DNA of 14,154 bases from a virus (taxonomy: Duplodnaviria; Heunggongvirae; Uroviricota; Caudoviricetes). Made by a program: the position numbers and the translations under genes. The notes under the pieces were generated by a model. That model had not been told where the DNA came from and ran no database searches. It worked only from the letters and a program-made list of their open reading frames with translations. The stretch is taken from positions 1-14,154 of the IMG/VR virus record IMGVR_UViG_2695420403_000006. The stretch is one strand, 5' to 3'. The stretch's first letter is position 1. Every line of letters starts with the position of its first letter. Positions 1-6,307 of the stretch are shown one piece after another.

Positions 1-747
1 CTGAACGATCTGCATCGCGCAGCAGTAGCATCTGGTGCAAATGCCAGAACCAAGGAGCCAGGAAAGTTTCTTTCCAGCCAACAAACTGTTGAGCTTGTTC
101 ATGAATTGACCAACACCCAGAATTTGGGTGTTGACCCGGTGAGTGTGATTCATGGGGGAAATGAAAGGGGAACGTATGTCTGCAAGGAACTGGTGTATGC
201 CTATGCAATGTGGATCAGCCCGTCATTCCATCTGAAGGTGATCCGTACTTTCGACATGGTAACCAGCGCACCGGAAAAATTATCCGGGCAGGCTGCTGAC
301 AAGATGCAGGCTGGTGTGATTCTGCTGGACTTTATGCGCAGGGAGTTAAACCTGTCTAACTCATCAGTGCTTGGTGCCTGTCAGAAACTCCAGGAGGCTG
401 TTGGCTTACCGAATCTGGCACCGCGCTATGCCATTGATGCTCCTGCTGACGCGCCTGATGGCTCAAGTCGCCCCACGCTGTCGCTGAGTGCACTGCTGAA
501 ACAGTATGGTATCCGCCTTACGGCTAATCAGGCATATCACCAGATGGTGAAGCTGGGGATCGTCGAGCAGCGCGAACGATACAGCCGTACCGCGATTAAC
601 AACATCAAAAAATTCTGGTCGCTGACAGCGAAAGGCTGCATGTTCGGCAAGAACATCACCAGTCCCGCAAATCCGCGCGAGACGCAGCCGCATTTCTTCG
701 AATCCCGATTCCCTGAGCTGTTAAAGCTGCTCGATACCGTTCATTGA
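1..747 (+). CDS. KilA-N domain phage protein (Roi/antirepressor-like), 5'-partial
   Basis: Reading frame is open from base 1 in frame with the ATG at 106, so the true start probably lies upstream of the window. N-terminal region carries the KilA-N-like signature (...RGTYVCKELVYAYAMWISPSFHLKVIRTFD...). Stop TGA at 745-747. Confidence 0.6.
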   Translation: MNDLHRAAVASGANARTKEPGKFLSSQQTVELVHELTNTQNLGVDPVSVIHGGNERGTYVCKELVYAYAMWISPSFHLKVIRTFDMVTSAPEKLSGQAADKMQAGVILLDFMRRELNLSNSSVLGACQKLQEAVGLPNLAPRYAIDAPADAPDGSSRPTLSLSALLKQYGIRLTANQAYHQMVKLGIVEQRERYSRTAINNIKKFWSLTAKGCMFGKNITSPANPRETQPHFFESRFPELLKLLDTVH

Positions 748-748
748 G

Positions 749-1744
749 GTGACCGTGAGAGCGCTACTGACCCCTGAAATTGCCCCGCGTATGGGGATCG
801 TATTGTTCAGGCCAGGTTCAGAGCTGATGCCCCTGTTTATGCAGGGGCGTGTCCTGCTGGAGCCTGAGCCGGAACGTTATTCATCTTTCGCCAGTGGTGC
901 TGTTCCGGCGGCATCACAACCGCTGGCGGATGATCCTGCCGTTCGGGCCGTGTTCCGCAATGAGGCAGTGATCCGTCGTGCTGGTGGCGTGGAATGTCTT
1001 GAAAGCTGGTTACTTCGTGAAAAAGGCTGCCAGTGGCCTCATTCCGACTGGCACAGCGAGAACATGACAACAATGCGACACGCGCCGGGCGCAATCCGTC
1101 TGTGCTGGCACTGCGATAACCAGCTGCGCGATCAGTTCACGGAACGGCTGGAATCAATGGCAACGGATAACTGTGCCCGCTGGGTGTTGTCTGTTGTGCG
1201 TCGGGATCTCGGTTTTGATGACAGTCACGTTGTGACAATGCCGGAACTGTGCTGGTGGCTGGTTCGTAATGACCTAGCGGATGCCTTACCGGAAAGTGCA
1301 GCCCGTAAGGCACTGAGATTACCGAAGCCTGTTGTGCCGTCTGTCACCCGGGAAAGTGACCTTGTGCCTTCGGTTCCTGCCACCAGCATCATCCAGGATA
1401 AGGCGAAAAAGGTGCTGGCGCTGAAAGTGGATCCGGAGTCGCCGGAGTCTTTTATGTTACGCCCAAAACGTCGCCGCTGGGTTAATGAAAAGTACACACG
1501 CTGGGTTAAGACACAGCCGTGTGCATGTTGTGGAAAGCCTGCTGATGATCCCCACCACCTGATAGGCCACGGTCAGGGGGGAATGGGTACAAAAGCGCAT
1601 GACCTCTTTGTGTTGCCTTTGTGCAGAAAGCATCACGACGAGCTGCATGCGGATACCGTGGCATTTGAAGAGAAGTATGGCTCCCAGCTGGAGCTGATAT
1701 TTCGTTTTATCGATCGCGCGCTGGCGATTGGTGTGTTGACCTGA
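749..1744 (+). CDS. DUF968-family phage protein (YdfU-like) with C-terminal Cys/His-rich HNH-like motif
   Basis: 331-aa ORF starting at GTG 749 (or in-frame GTG 755, preceded by GAGG at 746-749), one base after the upstream stop. C-terminus CACCGKPADDPHHLIGHG...LCRKHHDELH resembles the metal-binding motif of DUF968 nin-region proteins as I remember them. Confidence 0.6.
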   Translation: MTVRALLTPEIAPRMGIVLFRPGSELMPLFMQGRVLLEPEPERYSSFASGAVPAASQPLADDPAVRAVFRNEAVIRRAGGVECLESWLLREKGCQWPHSDWHSENMTTMRHAPGAIRLCWHCDNQLRDQFTERLESMATDNCARWVLSVVRRDLGFDDSHVVTMPELCWWLVRNDLADALPESAARKALRLPKPVVPSVTRESDLVPSVPATSIIQDKAKKVLALKVDPESPESFMLRPKRRRWVNEKYTRWVKTQPCACCGKPADDPHHLIGHGQGGMGTKAHDLFVLPLCRKHHDELHADTVAFEEKYGSQLELIFRFIDRALAIGVLT

Positions 1745-1761
1745 TTTGGTGGAGAAAGTTG

Positions 1762-2124
1762 ATGCGTGATATTCAGATGGTTCTGGAGCGTTGGGGAGCA
1801 TGGGCGGCGAGTGATAGTTCTGGAGTAGACTATTCGCCTATAGCTGCTGGGTTTAAGGGGCTTCTTCCCTACACAAGCAAAACACGTCAGGCTTGTTCAG
1901 ATAGTGATGCATTAATTATTGAAGGTTGTCTTGCTCTTCTTAAAAAGCGAAAACCGTACGAGCATTCTTTGATTGTGGCCCATTACCTGTATGGTATCTC
2001 GAAAAGAAAGCTTGCAAGAGCTCGCAAAAAAGATGAGAAATTGATACGTATAGAGATACAGATGGCTGAAGGGTTTATTGATGGATGCCTTTCAATGCTG
2101 GATGTTAAACTTGAAATGGAGTAG
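1762..2124 (+). CDS. Late-gene antitermination protein Q, small QuuD-like type
   Basis: ATG at 1762 preceded by GGAG at 1751-1754 (the ORF track begins at TTG 1759). The ~120-aa product MRDIQMVLERWGAWAA... matches the N-terminus of DLP12-type small Q antiterminators as I remember them. Position immediately upstream of the lysis region is canonical for Q. Confidence 0.75.
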   Translation: MRDIQMVLERWGAWAASDSSGVDYSPIAAGFKGLLPYTSKTRQACSDSDALIIEGCLALLKKRKPYEHSLIVAHYLYGISKRKLARARKKDEKLIRIEIQMAEGFIDGCLSMLDVKLEME

Positions 2125-2149
2125 AAAAAAGGGCATTTCTGCCCTTTTT
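2125..2149. terminator. Bidirectional rho-independent terminator between convergent Q and the minus-strand cassette
   Basis: AAAAAA-GGGCA-TTTC-TGCCC-TTTTT: 5-bp GC-rich stem (2131-2135/2140-2144), 4-nt loop, A-run upstream and T-run downstream, so it works on both strands. The T-run overlaps the TAA stop (complement of 2148-2150) of the minus-strand membrane-protein gene. Confidence 0.7.
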
Positions 2150-2591
2150 AAATGTGGGGGAGTATCCAGTTTACTTTTCTCCATGTAAAGGCAAAAGTTA
2201 TTACTGAAATGATAAGAAGAGATAAAGATTCGATAATTAAAATAAATTCTATTTTTTCTCCATGTAACAATGTCTTTTCATTGGCAAACATTGCTATCAA
2301 AGCAATAACGCATGCCGTAATTAAAGATGCACCTGCGGTTAATAGATTTACAATAATAACTTGAAGTATGTTGTTGTTTTTTAATGCTTTTATTATTCCA
2401 TTTGAGTTTTCGCTGGCAGCACTAAAAATTGATATTGTGGCTAAAATAAAACCAAATAAAATACCGGATACAGTTGAAATAACCCCGGAGGCTGTAAGTA
2501 TGTCAGCATGCCCCATCTGAGGGATATACCTCAGTAGGAACAAGGTGCAAAAAACACTTACAATCAGGTTTCTTAAGTATTTCAATAACAT
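2148..2591 (-). CDS. Small polytopic inner-membrane protein (about 4 TM helices), RexB-like candidate effector of a two-gene exclusion module
   Basis: 147-aa ORF with four long hydrophobic segments (about residues 9-23, 31-60, 75-103, 114-137). Start lies 3 nt downstream of the stop of the upstream minus-strand gene, with a GAAGG RBS inside that gene's 3' end. AT-rich codon usage distinct from the backbone. Size, topology and the motif LLRYIP resemble lambda RexB as I remember it. Confidence 0.6.
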   Translation of the reverse strand: MLLKYLRNLIVSVFCTLFLLRYIPQMGHADILTASGVISTVSGILFGFILATISIFSAASENSNGIIKALKNNNILQVIIVNLLTAGASLITACVIALIAMFANEKTLLHGEKIEFILIIESLSLLIISVITFAFTWRKVNWILPHI

Positions 2592-2594
2592 ATC

Positions 2595-3536
2595 CTATAC
2601 CTTCTTTTTGCTGATATCGTATTGCTTAAGGTATTCATTGTTATCAATTTTAGCAGAAATCATGGCTTGCAGAACATCACTATCAGTGCCATAACCATTA
2701 ACGGTATATATGTTTTTTTCTGAAATGAGTACCTGATCAAGAAGACTTTGTTCAACGGTATTTTTGGGCTGTGTTACTGCCGCTTTTTTTACAATTCCCG
2801 GCATTTTTTCAAGGAGTTCTTTAATACCATCCTTAACGAGATCTGATAAATAACCTTTGACTTTTACTCTCCCTGATGCACGTCCCCTTAGATTTAACTT
2901 GAGACGTGTTCCACCCAGCCCTACCATCATATTTACCAGTTCCTTAGAAAATGAACTATTTAGCTGGTAATTTGTTGCATCAAAGTTCCTGGGAGCAGCC
3001 AGGACAATATCACAACTTCTCAAAGTACTTCCTGTTTCAAGTAGCTCTTTGACGCTCTCTTTTTTCCAGATGGCTTGGAATGAAAAGTTATTTCCAGGAT
3101 TACCACTCTGGCTGTAAAGCAGATAAGCTAAATCCGATTCTTTCGGCCCAAGATGATTTTGAGTTAATATTAAAATATCACTATCGTAATAATATAAAAA
3201 ATAGGTTCTTTCGACTATGTATTTTTTATCATCTAGTGGTATGTTGTGCTCATTCCAGTGTTCATCACCAATATAAGGAAGGAGATACTCTTCTCGTGAG
3301 CATGACATGTAGCCGAAGAAATATTTAGCTTTTGTATCTTTATTTATAAAAGCTATTTTTAACTTTTTATTTCTATAGATGGTATCAAAATGATTATTCG
3401 TAACGGTTACGCAAGTATTATACAGATTTTCAATTGCTTGCTTAGCAACTGAATGGCTGCGGATAGTCCCAGAACTGCTGGTGTAAAAACCAATTTTAAG
3501 TTTTTTTTGTTTCTTTGATTGCGCAATAGTAGCCAT
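2595..3536 (-). CDS. Soluble 313-aa protein, RexA-like candidate sensor/activator of a two-gene exclusion module
   Basis: ORF with AAGG RBS 6 nt upstream of the ATG (complement of 3534-3536); no hydrophobic segments; AT-rich. N-terminal KIGFY and internal LGPKESDLAYLL are reminiscent of lambda RexA (GFY..., FGPTTSDLTDFL) as I remember it. Operonic with the downstream membrane protein gene. Confidence 0.55.
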   Translation of the reverse strand: MATIAQSKKQKKLKIGFYTSSSGTIRSHSVAKQAIENLYNTCVTVTNNHFDTIYRNKKLKIAFINKDTKAKYFFGYMSCSREEYLLPYIGDEHWNEHNIPLDDKKYIVERTYFLYYYDSDILILTQNHLGPKESDLAYLLYSQSGNPGNNFSFQAIWKKESVKELLETGSTLRSCDIVLAAPRNFDATNYQLNSSFSKELVNMMVGLGGTRLKLNLRGRASGRVKVKGYLSDLVKDGIKELLEKMPGIVKKAAVTQPKNTVEQSLLDQVLISEKNIYTVNGYGTDSDVLQAMISAKIDNNEYLKQYDISKKKV

Positions 3537-3668
3537 GTTAAACCTTAGTATACTAATAATTTCTTATGGGGCTTATTTTTTATATGGCTTTAATTTAGCA
3601 AAAAAAATTACCGCGGTCCGCAAATTTTATCTTAATCTGTTAAGAGTGGTTACTTCGCCACACAGCTT
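3537..3668. promoter_or_regulatory. AT-rich intergenic control region: expected promoter for the minus-strand cassette and expected Q-dependent late promoter/qut for the + strand lysis operon
   Basis: Inferred from gene arrangement. Possible -10-like hexamers are TATACT (3551-3556, either strand) and CTTAAT (3631-3636, +) with a TTACCG -35-like element 17 nt upstream, but none is strong. No transcript data. Confidence 0.3.
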
Positions 3669-3700
3669 AAACCCGCCGTCGAGCGGGTTTTGTCGTTTCT
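3669..3700 (+). terminator. Rho-independent terminator resembling lambda tR' (late-promoter-proximal terminator)
   Basis: ACCCGC (3671-3676), 6-nt loop CGTCGA, GCGGGT (3683-3688), followed by TTTTGTCGTTTCT. Stem sequence and position upstream of the holin match my memory of lambda tR' (ACCCGCCGAAGCGGGTTTTT). Confidence 0.55.
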
Positions 3701-3841
3701 GGGCCTAGGGATTCGTTGGGCCTGGTCTATCCCGCAGTTATCCATTGGCTCGGCTTCTTTGACGTTTCCGCTTCTGATTTGCGGTACATGATGTTCCCTC
3801 AATTTGCACCTCCTGTATTGCGAGGTGAGAGATAACTACAA

Positions 3842-4168
3842 ATGCCTCATAACCCAAATACCTGGCTGGAGTTGGTCCAGAGCTGGTGGCGTGGAGACAC
3901 ACCGCTGGGCGCAGTGATTATGTCGATTGTTATGGCTGGTTTACGTATTGCCTATTTTGGCGGTGGTGGCGGCTGGAAGCGAAAAACACTCGAAATTCTA
4001 CTCTGTGGCGCTCTGACGCTGACTTTTGCATCCGCTCTTGAGTATGTCGGATGGCCTAAATCACTATCTGTTGCCATTGGTGGTGGGGTGGGGCTGATCG
4101 GTGTTGATGCTATTCGTGGGGCTGCAATGAGAGTAATCGGTAATAAGTTTGGTGGCTCTAAGGAGTAA
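3842..4168 (+). CDS. Holin (class I-like, three predicted TM helices, charged C-terminus)
   Basis: 108-aa ORF immediately upstream of the endolysin gene (3-nt gap). Three hydrophobic segments and a basic C-terminal tail (RGAAMRVIGNKFGGSKE). Position is canonical for S. Confidence 0.7.
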   Translation: MPHNPNTWLELVQSWWRGDTPLGAVIMSIVMAGLRIAYFGGGGGWKRKTLEILLCGALTLTFASALEYVGWPKSLSVAIGGGVGLIGVDAIRGAAMRVIGNKFGGSKE

Positions 4169-4171
4169 TTT

Positions 4172-4648
4172 ATGCAGGTACTAAATTCCCAGCGTAAAGC
4201 TTTCCTCGATATGGTGGCATGGTCAGAAGGAACGGATAACGGGCGACAACCGACACGTAATCACGGTTATGATGTTATTGTTGGCGGCGAACTGTTTACT
4301 GATTACTCTGATCACCCTCGCAAACTTGTCACGCTAAACCCCAAACTCAAATCAACAGCCGCCGGACGTTATCAGCTTCTTTCACGCTGGTGGGATGCCT
4401 ACCGTAAGCAGCTTGCTCTGAAAAACTTCTCCCCCAAAAGCCAGGACGCTGTGGCACTGCAACAGATTAAAGAGCGTGGCGCTTTACCGATGATTGATCG
4501 CGGTGATATTCGTCAGGCTATCGACCGTTGCAGCAATATCTGGGCGTCGTTACCCGGTGCAGGTTACGGTCAGTATGAACATAAAATCGGTGATTTGATT
4601 GCCCGGTTTAAAGAGGCTGGTGGGGTGGTAAATGAAGCTGAGCTATAA
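4172..4648 (+). CDS. R: Endolysin, lambda R-type lytic transglycosylase
   Basis: 158-aa product shares long identical runs with lambda R as I remember it (QRKAFLDM.AWSEGTDNGRQ.TRNHGYDVIVGGELFTDYSDHPRKLVTLNPKLKST.AGRYQLLSRWWDAYRKQL...ALQQIKERGALPMIDRGDIRQAIDRCSNIWASLPGAGYGQ), including the catalytic Glu in the AWSEG context. Confidence 0.92.
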   Translation: MQVLNSQRKAFLDMVAWSEGTDNGRQPTRNHGYDVIVGGELFTDYSDHPRKLVTLNPKLKSTAAGRYQLLSRWWDAYRKQLALKNFSPKSQDAVALQQIKERGALPMIDRGDIRQAIDRCSNIWASLPGAGYGQYEHKIGDLIARFKEAGGVVNEAEL

Positions 4649-5024
4649 GCTGGTTATCGCTGGTTTCTTCGTTACTGTCATTGGTTCTTTCATCTGGTCG
4701 GCCAACCACTACTACAGCAAATATCAGTACGAAAAGAAACGTGCTGATGAGGCTGTACGAAATGCTGAATCAGCAACTGCCATTACCAATAACGTCCTGC
4801 AATCAATACAAATCGTAAATACAGTTCTGGAGGCTAACCAGCATGCAAAACAGCAGATCGCACTGGAGTCACAGAGAACCCAGGAAGATATCAAAGTGGC
4901 TGTTGAGAATGATGATTGCGCTTCCCGTCTTGTTCCTGCTCGTGCAACTGAGCGGCTGCGCCGGTACGCGGACAATTTACGTGCCAGTTCCGGCGGTACC
5001 ACTACCGGCGAACCTGACCGCTGA
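4632..5024 (+). CDS. Rz: Rz-type i-spanin (inner-membrane spanin subunit)
   Basis: 130-aa ORF overlapping the endolysin stop. N-terminal TM anchor (LVIAGFFVTVIGSFIW) followed by a charged, coiled-coil-like periplasmic domain. Canonical position after R. Confidence 0.75.
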   Translation: MKLSYKLVIAGFFVTVIGSFIWSANHYYSKYQYEKKRADEAVRNAESATAITNNVLQSIQIVNTVLEANQHAKQQIALESQRTQEDIKVAVENDDCASRLVPARATERLRRYADNLRASSGGTTTGEPDR

Positions 5025-5166
5025 AACCCCACAGCCAGCTATTCCTGATCCGCTGACTTACAGAGATAGTCTGGATTTAAACGTGAGCCTGCTGTCAGTG
5101 CTGGCTGCCTGTAATAGGGATAAGGCTGATATTCGTAAAATTGAAGCAGAGAAGAGTGAGCCATGA
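4909..5166 (+). CDS. Rz1: Rz1-type o-spanin (outer-membrane lipoprotein), overlapping the 3' end of Rz in the +1 frame
   Basis: Start chosen at the ATG-ATG pair at 4909 within the track ORF 4843..5166. Product begins MMIALPVLFLLVQLSG-C with a lipobox (LSGC) and a Pro-rich mature region. It extends 142 nt beyond the Rz stop, i.e. overlapped rather than fully embedded. Confidence 0.7.
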   Translation: MMIALPVLFLLVQLSGCAGTRTIYVPVPAVPLPANLTAETPQPAIPDPLTYRDSLDLNVSLLSVLAACNRDKADIRKIEAEKSEP

Positions 5167-5360
5167 AGCAGTAAAGTGGAAAGACCGCAGCAAGAAGTGC
5201 CTGTTCAGCATTAATGAAGATGCCTCAAATACCTAAAATAGCGAGTAGCCAGATGCACGTCAACTACGAGTGTGTGGCCAGCATAACGTTGTATAAACTA
5301 AGTGATAGCAGAGTTCAATATACGTATACTGAGAGAACTATTTCTATTTGAGAACTGAAA

Positions 5361-5954
5361 ATGACGGACTATACTTTTTTTTACTGGATAGAGATGCTTC
5401 TTAAAGAAGGCAATGTTTTATTTATTGTTCTTGCTTGTTTGATTGTCTTTTTTACTTTAAAAAAAGAAATAATAATGGTTTTAGGTCGTCTTAATACAGT
5501 TAAGCTAGGTGACTATGAGATTAAATTTAAAAAAGAAATGTTTGAAATAGAATCTAAAAGTATAGAGGTTATTAAAAATTTACCTGGAACAAATCTTGTC
5601 CTGCCGACACAACTCATTGAGAATTTCAATATTTTTGAGAGTCTTGCTAGTACTCAGCCTAATGTTGCTGTACTTTCAGCTTGGCGCGAATTGGAGTTAA
5701 CCGCTATAACGCTTGCATCTAAAAAGGGGATTGAGATCAACGGGACATCTTTAGGGCGGGCTTCAGGTATCGCTGCCTTGAAAAATGTCCAATCTGCAAA
5801 CAAAATTTCTAGTGACATTGTTAAGCTTTATGAAAAAACAGGAGAGTCTATTAAGCCTATATCCCAAGGAAAGCTCTTATGTACTCAGGAAGATGCTTTG
5901 GCATTCTGTAAGAATGCAAAAAGACTTAGCAATTATTTAACATCCATATTTTAG
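5361..5954 (+). CDS. Hypothetical membrane-anchored cargo protein (N-terminal TM helix plus about 150-aa soluble domain), function unknown
   Basis: 197-aa ORF in a strongly AT-rich island at the bor-equivalent position between spanins and packaging genes. Hydrophobic segment VLFIVLACLIVFFTL near the N-terminus. Weak RBS; start could alternatively be the in-frame ATG at 5394. Confidence 0.6.
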   Translation: MTDYTFFYWIEMLLKEGNVLFIVLACLIVFFTLKKEIIMVLGRLNTVKLGDYEIKFKKEMFEIESKSIEVIKNLPGTNLVLPTQLIENFNIFESLASTQPNVAVLSAWRELELTAITLASKKGIEINGTSLGRASGIAALKNVQSANKISSDIVKLYEKTGESIKPISQGKLLCTQEDALAFCKNAKRLSNYLTSIF

Positions 5955-5996
5955 TATGTATCCATAGAGCATCCATTATTATTGGAGTAGTCGTTA

Positions 5997-6023
5997 CAGC
6001 AGGCATTCACTGAGTGCCTGCTG
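5997..6023. other. Perfect 9-bp inverted repeat/hairpin between convergent ORFs (possible U-tract-less terminator or protein-binding palindrome)
   Basis: CAGCAGGCA (5997-6005), 9-nt loop TTCACTGAG, TGCCTGCTG (6015-6023). No T-run on either side. Confidence 0.4.
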
Positions 6024-6030
6024 CTGAACT

Positions 6031-6243
6031 CTAATAGCAAGATGGAGAATCTGCATTAAATTTTTGAGAGAGATTACTTATTTCATTCACTCCCTTATGA
6101 TTAAGTAATCGCCTAATATTTTCTGGAGCCTTGAATATAAATGGGCCTTTTAGATCCTCGATGATTCCTCCTGCGACGCAGATCAAATGCTTGAAATCAA
6201 CATCTTCAATTGTGGGCTTGGAGTCCAGATTATCGCTTGTCAT
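6031..6243 (-). CDS. Small hypothetical protein (70 aa), AT-rich cargo ORF
   Basis: Minus-strand ORF with a plausible RBS (AAAGGA, about 9 nt upstream of the ATG on the minus strand) and the same AT-rich composition as the neighbouring 197-aa gene. No recognisable family. Confidence 0.35.
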   Translation of the reverse strand: MTSDNLDSKPTIEDVDFKHLICVAGGIIEDLKGPFIFKAPENIRRLLNHKGVNEISNLSQKFNADSPSCY

Positions 6244-6307
6244 TTAAAAACATCCTTTCTTGCCATTAGCAGCATTGAGCATGTTATGGAATCTGTAATT
6301 TAGGATG

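Noticed and set aside
3080-3328. 82-aa + strand ORF inside the RexA-like gene (and 2152..2364 inside the membrane-protein gene)
   Set aside because: Antisense to a coupled, RBS-supported minus-strand operon; chance ORFs favoured by AT-rich sequence.
3537-3668. A lambda-like 6S RNA / exact pR' promoter hexamers
   Set aside because: Several weak -10/-35 candidates exist but none is convincing, and the Q protein here is not lambda-type, so lambda qut rules cannot be transferred. Left as an expected but unlocated element.
3842-3922. Possible dual-start (holin/antiholin) motif in the holin gene
   Set aside because: The only other in-frame Met near the N-terminus is at codon 27, inside the first TM helix; there is no Met-Lys-Met-type paired start within the first few codons.
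4724-5032. 102-aa minus-strand ORF antisense to Rz/Rz1
   Set aside because: Overlaps both spanin genes, has no RBS, and the region is already densely coding on the + strand.
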